Source: Vicugna vicugna (lineage: Eukaryota). From it: a stretch of 64,000 nt of DNA. Below are positions 38,861 to 50,289 of this stretch, piece by piece. Under the pieces are notes generated by a model, which made no database searches, was not told the DNA's origin, and saw only the letters and a list, made by a program, of their open reading frames with translations. The stretch is from positions 1,671,451 through 1,735,450 of the forward strand of contig MU058289.1 in the NCBI GenBank assembly GCA_013265495.1, in the 5' to 3' direction. The stretch's first letter is position 1, and each line of letters opens with the position of its first letter. A program made the translations under genes and the position numbers.

Positions 38861-39399
38861 TAACAATGGTTTAAGAAAGGTACGTTCTTTCTGTTTTCAG
38901 TTGAGTTTGTGTACAGCTAATTGGGAAATAAGGATGGCTATCACTTTCTGGGTGTAAAGAGGAGCCAGGAATAGGACAGTAGAGGGTGCAGAAAGATGAA
39001 GGAGGAAGGACTTTCTAGGACGAGAGTCCAAGACAACCATAGAAGTTTGGTTCGTCATCTAGGGAAGGTGGCAGTTACACTTCAGTGACTGCCAAGGAAA
39101 CAATGTCACACACCTTTTCAGGGGCCTGCACTTTCCCAAATCAGCCCTCTTTCAGGGACAATGTGTCTGTATCTGAGGCTGGACTTGCTGTATTTAAAGC
39201 TTATTTTCTCTTCTCTGTGAGGTTGAGAATACCTGCTACCACATTTGTTGTCTATACTTAAAATCAATTATTATTATCCTTTATATTTTCCTTATTAGAC
39301 CCTTAGGGTCCTTCATCCAACAGAATTTGACTCTATGAAGCAAGGGGCTAGTAGGTTTGGGGATGAAAACAGATATGTTCCCAGACTTCCCAGAGCTGA

Positions 39400-40640
39400 G
39401 AGTCTAGTGGTGGCAGCTTGGATTGAACGAAACAATCAGGACACTGTGGTGAGTCCTGTGAAAAGAAAATACAGGAATTTAGATAGACTGCAAAAGGAAG
39501 CTTGAATTTCAATGGAGACTCAAGGGGTAGCTCCTTAAGCAAGTGCCAGTTGAATTGTGACATAAAGGGTGAGAAGGTCATAGCTGGGCACAAAGTTGGG
39601 ACAAGAGCCCTTGTAGCAGAGCGAGGAGCCCAGGGCAGGAAGGAGGGTGGGGAAGGAGGAGACGGAAAGCCAGGGAGGCCAGGGCCCAGGCAGCGAGGGT
39701 GTGGGCAGCTGGGAGGAGTCAGAAGCACAGCGACAACATGAAGCCATTGAGAGGTGTTAGTGAAGGGGATGCCACAGTTAGATGTGTGTGTTGTTCTGAA
39801 ACATCTTGCACCGCTTTGTGGAGACTGGATTGTCAGTGGCAAGTGTGGAAGCAGACAGGGGCTGTTTTGCTAATGGAGGTGACAGTTAATGGTAGCTTAT
39901 GCCACCGTGTTAGCAGTGGCACTGAAGAGAAGTTGGTGGACTTGACATATACCTTAAAAAAATTATTATTTTATTTTTTAAAATTGAAGTATAGTCAGTT
40001 TACAATGTTGTGTTAATTTCTGGTGTAATGTTTCAGTTTATACATGTACATACATATATTCCTTTTCATATTCTTTTTCATGATAAGTTACTACAAGATA
40101 TTGAATATAGTTCCTTGTGCTATACAGTAGAAATTTATTGTTTATCTATTTTATATACAGTAGTTAGTATCTGTAAATCTCGAACTTCCAATTTGTCCCT
40201 TCCTACCCTCTCTTCCCTGGTAACCGTAAGTTTGTTTTCTATTGACACTAAATTTTTGATAATAGAATTAATGGAACTTGTGGATAGATTAGTTGCGGGG
40301 GACAGGTAAAATCAAGGAGATGAGAAAAACAAATCAAGGGTGACTTTCAGGTGTGGTCAAAGTAGTAGAAAGAAAAGCAGGAGAGTGTGGGGTCATGGAA
40401 ATTGAATGTAGCTGAGAAGTCAGTTAGGATGAAGAAAAAAGCAAGTATTGAACAAAGCCCACTGATGACCTGAGCAGAATAGTTTGGATGGGTTGTGGGA
40501 GTAGAATCTACCCCGCCATGCGTTGACTTGTGAATGAAGATTGGGAGGTGAAGATATAGAGACATTGCAATGAGAGTCTTAGGAGAAGTTTGTCAGTGAA
40601 GGGGAGTAGAGAGAGCGCTATATCTAGGGGGGATAGAAGG
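39400..40640 (-). mobile_element. Degraded L2 with an L1 3' end inserted at about 39955-40240
   Basis: catgaagccattgagagg..gagactggattg..gcagtggcactgaagagaag; the L1 portion reads ttgaagtatagtcagtttacaatgttgtg. Confidence 0.65.
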
Positions 40641-40960
40641 TCCAAGAAGGATGTGATAAGAAAGGTTTTACTTAGACAAGTCATTATTCACAGTCCACGC
40701 CCCCTTGTGGGCAGTCTCAGCAGAAACATTGTGGACCCACGATGAGTCAGGATAGATTCCCCATCTTTGTCCTCCATGCAGATGTGGTCCATGGCTGCAC
40801 AGAAGCCCCCAGTTGAGGACATGGTCCTAGGGCAAAGGTGGACCCAGCCTCTGAACTGAAGGAGATTATTTCAGACATCTGGAGAGTAGAGGACCCAATA
40901 GATGTTAAGGTCCCCAAGAGAGGAGAAAATGGCACATCTTGCCACCTGAGCACATGAATC

Positions 40961-41055
40961 TTTTTTTTTTTTTTTAAATGGAGGTACTGGGGATTGAACC
41001 CAGGACCTCATGCATGCTAAGCATGTGCTCTACCACTGAGCTATACCCACCCCCT
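40961..41055 (-). mobile_element. tRNA-Ala-derived SINE, short form
   Basis: tRNA-like body followed directly by poly-A. TSD tgagca(c/t)atgaatctt. Confidence 0.92.
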
Positions 41056-41349
41056 TGAGCATATGAATCTTAATTTGAATCCATCACACTTCTCTGGGAT
41101 TCCCAATGGTATTCTTCTGTTATTTCTGCTGCCCAGACTCCCATACTTGTCTCGCCCCTTCCCCACATTCTGTCATTCAGAACTCAGCTGCATGGCCCCA
41201 CCTCTGGGACGCGAGTACCCTCTATGCTCTGATGGCACCTGAGTACCCGCCTCGTTACTGTGACTTACTGTGTGGGGCTGGAACACCACCCACCGTCTCC
41301 CAGTCTATGCTCTCTTTCTCTCTGCACCCCACCCCGGCATGATACCTGG

Positions 41350-41610
41350 AGACAGAGCAGCTGAAAGGCAGTTGACATCTAGCAGTTTAGGAAGGAGCCC
41401 AAGTCCCGGAGCCATATTTGAGTGGCATCATTTACTGTGGCCTCGAGCACATTATTTAAGCTCTCTGTGCTTTGTCTATCACCTGTAAAATGGGAGTCCT
41501 AAGAGTACTTACCTCATAACACTGCTGTGAGGATTAAATGAAATAATGCCCATAGAGCAGTAACAGCACCAGGCGGATAATAAGCACTCAGTAAGTGTTA
41601 CCATCATTAC
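41350..41610 (+). mobile_element. MIR SINE
   Basis: cacctgtaaaatgggag..acttacctcata..gtgaggattaaatgaaataatgc..taagcactcagtaagtgtta. Confidence 0.8.
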
Positions 41611-42054
41611 TAAGACATGGTAGGTATCCACGGATTTTTATTGCAAAAATAAATGTGTCGATGAAAAACTAAAGTGTGATGTAAGAAGAACCAGACCGTG
41701 TGTCAGCCTGGTTTTCAGTGCCTTTCTTCCAGGCCCGCTTGAGTGCATCTCTGGTGAACTCTATATGTTCTTTGAGCCAATTTTCAGCCCATGTACAAGG
41801 CATGGAGTAAGGACAGGTGAACAGTGGTTTGCTGGGGGTCCCTGGGACCTGGAGGAGCCATCCAGGCAGTTTGACCAATGTGTCCATCCCTGATCTAACC
41901 TTGGCATCTGTCCCTGAGATCTGGGCATGGACCCCAACACAAACATGTCTGTAAAGCTCTCCAGGTGGTATATTTTCCTGAAACACAGAACTGGGTGGTA
42001 GCTGACTTAGCATTGGGACTGAAATAATAAAAATACCAGAAAACAGAGAACTGG

Positions 42055-42345
42055 ATACCTTAAACAATAAACATTTATTTCTCACAGTTTTGGAGGCTGA
42101 GAAGTCCAAGATCAAGACACCAGCAGTGCCTTGTGAGGGTCTACTTCCCAGTTCATAGAAGGCCATCTTCTCACTGTGTCCTTACGTGGCATCAACGAGT
42201 GAGACAGCTCTCTGGGGTCTCTTTCATAAGGACTCTAATCTTGTTCATGAGGGTTTCACCCTCGTGACCTAATGACCCCAACACCCCACCTCCTAACACC
42301 ATCACCTTAGGGATAAGGATTTTCACATACGAATTTTCAGTACAT
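42055..42345 (-). mobile_element. MaLR LTR fragment (MLT1A/B-like)
   Basis: catttatttctcacagttttggaggctgagaagtccaagatcaag..catcttctcactgtgtcc..cctaacaccatcacctt. Confidence 0.8.
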
Positions 42346-43643
42346 GATAGTGGCTAGGTTCCTTCCACCTCTGAAGTCCTTGAATTCTATGATTCTCTCT
42401 CTCTCTCTTTTTGACAATTTGCTAACTATTATTTATTTATAAGAGAGAGTGGGAAAAAAAAACCCCAACTATCAACACTAAAAACATGGCTTGCGAAAAG
42501 ACAAAATACGATTGGTTAGTCAACTCTGCTATTTGGTAAGATAAAGATAAAAGAGTCACATTCCTATACTTAACAGCTTGATTGAAGTGAAATTTACACA
42601 GCATAAAATTCAGCACTTCTAAGGAAACAATTCAGTGTCACCAGCATCATTGTGATTATCTCTTATTACACTTCTGGTTTCTGAATGTGATGGTGAAGCC
42701 TCTGAAGCTACTCTTTGTGTGTGTCTCACGGCCATCAAAACTTTAGGAAGGATGAACCAGATGACATTATATTTAATCGTGAAAGAATTACATTTTCTTA
42801 TGAAACCGTTTTCTTAAGTCATTTATTTGGGTTCCATAGCTAGACATTACAGTGAAAGTATGTTTTAAAATATTTTATTTAAATGGATGCGGATTCCACC
42901 CTGCCCTGATGTTCAGCAAACAGTTTGCTGATTTTCTTCCCAGTGGGGTGATAATTTTCTTTGAAAGACACAGCCTTCCTTGGGGGAGTCTTGGCCAGGA
43001 GGATGTGCAAATTGCCTGCATGACTGAACGCCCCTCAGACAATCCCATCAGCCTGCCCTGGGGCGGGAGGCTGGGGCATCTTGTTAACACACCAAGGAGA
43101 GCACACATTTTTGTGTGTGAAAACAAATAAGAGTATCATTAGATTTTATAATTGTAAAAATGAAGTCAAGGGTAAAGATGGTGGATTCAACACATGCATT
43201 TACTTTTGGTCCCTGAAACCCTACCAAAACAAGAGTAAAACGATTTTTTTTTTTAAAAAAGGAAAATCCTCTAGGACCAAAAAAGAAAACAAAAAAACCC
43301 CCAAAACCCCAAGCAAGCAAGCAAACAAACAACCCCCCGCCCCCTACAACCAACAGCAACAATATTGAAAACAAGAAAGATGAATACAGCAAGATTTTGG
43401 AAGTACATGAATGATGTAAAAAGAACATAACTTGCTTAGCAGAGAGAAGAAAGCTGTATCCTAAGCTGGCAGGGGAAAAGCGAAGAAGCACCCCAGTTTA
43501 TATGACAGAATCCTGCAAAGGCAGACCAAGGTTGAAGCTGGGCCTCAAAACAGGGAATTATATATAAGCTGGCTAAGAGGCGTTAGAGCCCCAGGCGTCC
43601 TCACCCGGCCTCTGTGCTCCTGGGGGGCTGCCCCACTTCTGCA

Positions 43644-43660
43644 CCAGCAGAGGGCAGCAC
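43644..43660 (+). promoter_or_regulatory. Near-consensus CTCF core motif
   Basis: Plus strand reads CCAGCAGAGGGCAGCAC. Motif only; binding is not shown. Confidence 0.55.
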
Positions 43661-44335
43661 TTTATTATCCACAGAGGTCACGGCACCAGGGATTTGAGCT
43701 TCTGGTTCATGGCCGCGCTCCGCACTCTTGAGCCTTGCAGTCATCTTGGAGTTCTTTGGTGTGCTCATGTGCACCCTGTCCAGCACCGTGACCCTGTGGT
43801 TCCACTGACCTTCCTTACTCACTTCTGCCACTGCCCCTTGCTTGGCCTTGTCATCATTGGGACATTAAGTTCTGAGAGCATCCTTGTATCCTTCCAGGTA
43901 AGCCACCTCCACCACGGCTGCTCCTTGACTGGTCCTCTGGACCATCAATGGCTCTGATTTTTCTTAGTCTTTCAGTCTCCTCCTTTCCTTCCCATCCCCG
44001 CCACCAATTTCTTGGAAGTAGAAGGAGCTGGTGTTTGACTTTTCATTTCAATATATCTTCCTCCTCACTTCTGGCCTCATGGCCAAGCCTTAGTGATGGA
44101 GGGGCTCTAAGAAGGAAGGGAATGAGAGGGAGGAAGGGTGAGAGAGGGGACTGAATCAGGAGGAATCTCCAGTCTCTCATTTGTTGCTTACAAAAACACT
44201 CCATCCTCTGCTCCTTTGTTTCTGGTACAAACAGAGGGGCTGTTGTTGCTCTCTCTGAGACACTCCACCACCTGGATGCCATATACCCTGGCCGTTCTCA
44301 GCCTTGCCCATTATATCAGTGGTTTCCACGCTTTT

Positions 44336-44907
44336 TTATTTTTGAAGTATATTTGATTTACAACGTTGTGCTAATTTCTGGCGTATAGCATAGTGATTCA
44401 ATAATACATATATATATTTATTATAGGTTATTATAAGATATTGAATATAGTTCCTTGTGCTATACAGTAGGACCTTGATGTTTATCTACTTTACATATAG
44501 TAGTTTGCATCTGCTAATCCTAGACTCCTAATTTATCCCTCCCCTACCCCCTTTCCCCTTTGGTAACCATAAATTTTCTATGTCTCTGAGTCTGTTTCTG
44601 TTTTGTAAATAGGTTCACTTGTATCATTTTTTTAGATTCCACATGGAAGTGATATCATGTGATATTTGTCTTTCTCTGTCCGATTTACTTCACTTAGTGT
44701 GATCATCTCTAAGTCCATTCATGTTGCTGCAAATGGCATTATTTCATTCTTTTTTATGGCTGAGTAATATTCCATTGTGTGTGTATGGATATATATATCT
44801 CTCTCTCACATCTTCTTTTCCAATCATTCACTGATGGACATTTAGGCTGCTCCCACGTCTTGGCTATTGTAAACAGTGCTGCTATGAACACTGAGGTGCA
44901 CACATGC
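44336..44907 (-). mobile_element. L1 3' end with TSD
   Basis: L1 3' UTR and ORF2 tip. TSD ttccacgcttttt (from 44324) and ttccacacttttt (from 44908). Confidence 0.9.
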
Positions 44908-47054
44908 TTCCACACTTTTTGATTGGGCCCCGTGGTTACATTGCTTTCTGGCGGGGACACATGCACACATACACTTAACTTCTAGATTTCAGGATGCAAT
45001 CTTTCTTACTGGAATAGTCTCTGATATTTTTTATTTTGTTCTGTTTTATTCTGTCCATTCTGTTTAATATTTAAAATACTAGCCAATATATTGATGTTTC
45101 AACTACTGGTAGATCCTGGCTCACAATCTGAAAAATACTGCCGCAGTTCATCCCTTCTCTCTTATAGATTCCACTTCTTTCTTTGAGCTGGATCCTTTCT
45201 TGCTTCACCAGCTCAGGTCTGTCTGGACTTTTAAAGGACCCTCCCCCTCCCCCTTTCCCTTCACAGCCACCTTCTGGGAGGAGCTGTCCACACACATTGT
45301 TCCATGTCCCCTTCCCTCCATCTCCTCTCTGTCCACCTAGTCCTGTTTGCCTTCAGCGCCAGCCTTGCACTGAAACAGCCATTGCGCTGGTCACAGATAG
45401 CTCCCTGGTCATTAATTCTGGTGGTTGGGTCCAGGCCCCTCCTTGCTGGTTCTCCAGTAGCATCCAGCTCAGTGTTTGCTCCTCCCAGCTTCCCCAGCTT
45501 TCCCGGCCCCGGTGTTCCGCCACCCTCCAGGAGATCACATGCCCACCTGGATGCAGACCACCCGCTGAGGGGCAGCCCTACCCAAATACCTCAGCTCCAG
45601 ACCATCTATCTGACAATCCCTGGATCTGATTCCCGACCCTGCTTTGTAACCACCTACATACTTGCTCCCGGCTTTCTGTTTCGCGATACCCGTGGGTCTG
45701 TTACCTTCGTCACACCACATCACTGATTCCTGGTTCTTTAGTTCATATTACTCTTTGGAATCTGTGCATTGTGAATGTTTTCCTCTGTTAGGAGACAGAG
45801 CCATAGAAGAAGCAGTTTTCCTCACCACTCTTCTTTTATTATCTTTGCTCCTTTGGTAACATCGAGATTTTCTCTAACATGTTTCCTATTCTTTTATTAT
45901 GTGCCTGGTGCCATTTCCCAAATCTCATTCTAATTTCCCCTGGAGGGCAGCCTTCATTACTGCTGTTGATGAGCACCGAGGAGGGAATGTGGGCGTGCAG
46001 TTTCCCCGTTTCTGTGCCATCCTGTTAAAGTGAGCACCGTGAGCGGGTGATCATACAGCTGCTTAAGGCCACGGGCTGTTTCTTAACCGCATTACTCTTC
46101 TCAGGGGACGCCTGTGTTTATTCCTTGTTCTTTCTCTCTACTTTTCTTTCTGATCTGGGAGGAGCCAACCCATTAAGGTTCTTGGAAGTCTAGATAATAT
46201 TAGGTTGTACATGAAGTAATTTTATTATTTTGAGTATAGAGAGTCTGTTTAAATACCGCAAGCAAACAGTATCAGAAGGCTGTAGAGGGATTTCCTTTAT
46301 GCACATTAAATGAATCAATTCTCCCTTCTTCTGAAATATATTCGAATGTTCTGTTAATTTCCATGCATCGCTAAATGGGAAAGCTCTAGAGATCATCTAG
46401 CAGGATTCCTTCCCCGGAGAAGCTGAGCCCCAGGGTGGTTCAATGCCCTGTGCTCGGACACACGTCTCATTCCTGGCAGGGTTCTGACTAAAGCCTGTGT
46501 CCTCTGGGGCGGGACTTTTTTTGCGACGCCTCCCAGCTTCATCTCCATCATGCCCTTCCCCCATTCATACCAGTCCCTGGGTGTCCACAGACACCCACAT
46601 TCTCCTTTAATACTCACTTCGGAGGATGAGGAACTGTCTTGTGTAGTGATATTTTTGGTAAGGTGACCTTGGCTCTAATGCATTTTAGTTTTGTTATTTT
46701 TATCCTTATAAAACATGTTTTTAACTGAATTTTTATTGAAAGCTATTTCACATCTACAGATCATGTGTGTTTTATTTAATGTATGCTTAACAAATAGCAC
46801 CCAGCTGACCTCTGGATATTTTTATTGTGTTTATTACTGTGAATAAGTGAGAGAATTTGGTTGTTGAAACCCCAAGTCCTTTGGGAGCCTCTGTCACATA
46901 ACCATGGGATTCGTACAGATCAGAGTGTGCTCTAGGATCTTTTGAAATACGTGGGAAAGGATTACCTTTGAATATGTAGTATCAGTTTCTTCAGATTATC
47001 TTCCTTGATACATTTCTGAGAATGCAATTAACTTGGATATCTTGAATTTCTTTT

Positions 47055-47180
47055 TTTCCCCTTTTTCTGGGGGGTGGGGGTTAGGTTTATTTATTTATTT
47101 TAGTGGAGTTACTGGGGATTGAACTCAGGACCTCATACATGCTAGGCATGCGCTCTACCACTGAACTGCACCCTCCCCTA
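47055..47180 (-). mobile_element. tRNA-Ala-derived SINE, long form
   Basis: SINE body. TSD ttgaatttctttt at 47042-47054 and 47181-47193. Confidence 0.9.
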
Positions 47181-47282
47181 TTGAATTTCTTTTAAGCTTT
47201 TAGCGGAATGATTTTTAGTATAATATACCTGGGGTGCCAATCAGTTGGTTAGCTTTTCTTTTGAAGGGTTGGGAGTTTAGAC

Positions 47283-47463
47283 CAGGGTCCGTGAACTTTT
47301 TCTTTAAAAGGTAAACATTCTAGGCCATGTGGGCCAGCTGGTCTGTCACACACTCAGCTCTGCTGCTGTATTGGGCAGGCAGCCACAGACGACTGTAAGT
47401 GATTGGTCGTTGCTGTTCAAGAAAACGACATTCACAAAAACAGCTTGAGTTTGCCAACCCCTG
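47283..47463 (+). mobile_element. MER58A-like MITE
   Basis: cagggtccgtgaactttttct..cactcagctctgc..gcagccacagac..gtttgccaacccctg. Confidence 0.7.
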
Positions 47464-48139
47464 ATCTAACCTAATGTTGTGTATCTTTCCAAGTGCTAGT
47501 GGCAGTCTCTGCCAGCAATTTTTCTCCCCCCCAAAAGGAGCCACCAAGCCTGGAAATCGGAATAGCAACAACAGCAGTTGTGTTCCCACTTCCTCGCCTT
47601 TTCCAAAGCTGGTCTCCCTGCCTGAGATGCTGTCTTTTCCATCTGTCTAAATGTTATCTAGAAAGCCTTCCCAGTCAGCTCCTGGTGCTCTCTCCCTTCG
47701 CTGAACTCTGCGGGCGTACTGTCTGCATGTCTCAGTGGCGGGTCTTGTGGTATGTGTGCGCTCATGGTAATTAGGGCCCCTTTCCAAGCTCCCGGAGCAC
47801 AGGGTGTCTTGCACCACGCTGTGTATGCAGCGAGTGCTCAAAACCATCTGCTGGCACCCAGGACAAGCTCAGCTGCACGACCCACCTAGGAGGAACCATC
47901 CTTTGAGGGGACAGTAGCATGTTAGCAAGAACCACAGTTATTGTTTGATGGCTCTGATTTCTCAGAAAGGAGATGGGGTTGATTGGGGAAGTGAGAGTGT
48001 TAGAAACCGTTCAGTGTTTAGGGAGGAACCAAGACAGTGTCAAAGAAAGATAAGCAAGGAGTGCTTTGGCAGATAACGTCATTCAGCCCTCAGAGCAGAA
48101 ATGGCCAAAAGACATTTTACGTGCTGGAGATAAAGCCAC

Positions 48140-48320
48140 CACTTCCGAGCTGACTTAGTTTAACTTAGTGAGTTGTTTTACTTGCTCAATTTCTCTCCTG
48201 TACAGTGGAGATAATAATAGTACCAACCTTATGGGATTGATAAGGGCACTAAGTGAATTAAAACATGTAAAAGACCTACAATGCTGTCTAGCACCCAGTA
48301 AGTACCCAGCAGATGTTGGC
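48140..48320 (+). mobile_element. MIR SINE
   Basis: ctcaatttctctcctgtacagtggagataataatagtaccaacc..catgtaaaa. Confidence 0.7.
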
Positions 48321-50289
48321 CCGGGTTGTCATTTGACATGTAGAACCTGGTGTGAGCCCGCCTCACCCGAGCCTAGGAGCCAGGAGTTAGTGCAATGATG
48401 AAGCAAGACGAGGAAGGACGCCTGTTGTCTCGGCTGAAATTAACACCTTAAATATGCAGTTACCAAAAGATAATCATACTTAAGATATTTCCAGGACTAG
48501 AGGGATTAAATGTAACTGCATTTCAGTAAGTAAAATGCATTGAGCGATTTTGTGTGCTACGTCCCTGAGGTGGGGCGCGGTGGGGTGGAGATGCTCAGGC
48601 ATGCTCACTGACCTCAAGGACTGAGAGTCAGGGAGATACCCAAATATAATGAAAGTAGGTAAGTGGCAGGATAGATAAACTGTATTGTAAGAAGGACATT
48701 ATTCTGCTTGAAGCGGATATTAAAGGCTGAAAGGAAATTAAAAACTTACCTTAAGCTACAGAAATTCAGCAATGACACTGTTGATTCAAGGATACTGAAA
48801 AAAAGCAGCTCCTGAATGGGTCTTGGGGGATGCTGGCCGCATGTCAAAGGAGGATAGTCTGCTGGTGTTTTCTATAGGATGTGGGGAAACTTGGGAGCTG
48901 TCCCCGATCCCCTGGTTCTCGGTGAGGCTGACACCGTCTAACAGGAAGAATTGCCCTCCATATGCATGGCAAGGTCAAGAAGCAGCTGAACCCAGACTGT
49001 GTCAGCCTGCAGCATAGCTAACTAAGTGCTCCGAAGGTAGAGAGAACTCCAGAGCGAATGTGCAGATCCTGTATCATCTGGGAGAAGCGAATCTCCCATC
49101 CGAGCAGGGGCAGGTCTGCTGCCTGTAAAAGTAACTACTAAAGCATTCTTTTACATTTTATAGAGCACTTTACGCGTTCTTTATTGCACGTAAAGTGAGT
49201 CAAAATCTGATGTCGACAGACTGTCGTTACCTTCTCTTCTTACAGAAAGTGACTCATCACATAGTAATGAAAGGTAGAATGTCTCATTAAATTTTTCACT
49301 TTCGCTGTGGCAAGAGCTGCACCAGGTCCTGTGTTGGACACCGCCTGTGCCCACACCCCTTAGAGTCCTTGCTGTGGCTGCAGCAGCGACCAGTTCTGCA
49401 CAGGTGAAACCAGTCAGCCCCTCCCTGCCGCTCTTGATTCCTGCCCTGGGGCCTCTGATCGTGCGGACGTGGGATGCCCCTGGATTCCCGTTCAGCACTC
49501 ATACATGAGCAACTTGAAAGTGTAGGGGAGATCATACCCCCAGGGAAACCCTTAACCCCTGAGGGATAGGGATCCGGGGATCGTAGGTAAGCACAGCTCC
49601 TGTCTTCCCTGCGGTGGGGAAGAAGGTGGGGTTGGGGAGTGTGGGTCTCAGACATTTTATCAAGCGCCTCTGGTGGTCCCATGGGATCGAGCCACCGTGT
49701 CCTGAGGGGGTAGCCACCTCAGGAATGCACCCTGAATCGGCTGTTTCTGTTTCACTGCTCCTGTGCCCGCACCTCTGCCACATGAATGACCCCATACTGC
49801 GGGCTCTGCTTTTGTGGGAACCCAGATCAAGGCAGGTCCCTTCTGAACTCCCCTCAACCCTTGGTACTTCTTTATGATGGGAGGCCTTCCTTTCCCGTTC
49901 GGTGGGAATTTCCCTTGTGTCACCGTTTGAATCTTTTCTGCCTCAGGAGGTGGTCTATTTGGTAGGTTATGACCACAAGGGAAGAAAAATGATATCTTTT
50001 TAATATTTTAAAACTATTACACTTTTTATACAGGCAATGGAATTTGGGCATGAAGGAAAAATTAAATGTGAGCCTCTTATAAGTACTGAAACAAATGTGC
50101 ATGAAAAAACACACACTGGGTTTTTGATGAAAATTGGCCAGACAGTTTTTGAGTACCTATGATAATAGTTGGGGATTTTAAGTTCATCCCAACTTCTTGT
50201 ATTGATCTCATAAGTGCATCAGGTGGACCCATCCTGGTATCTGGTGTTCCTACTAGTAGACTGAGTGATCAAATTAAATTAAAAATAAT

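Noticed and set aside
42913..42931. Palindrome tcagcaaac-a-gtttgctga
   Set aside because: 9-bp arms can readily arise by chance in 64 kb.
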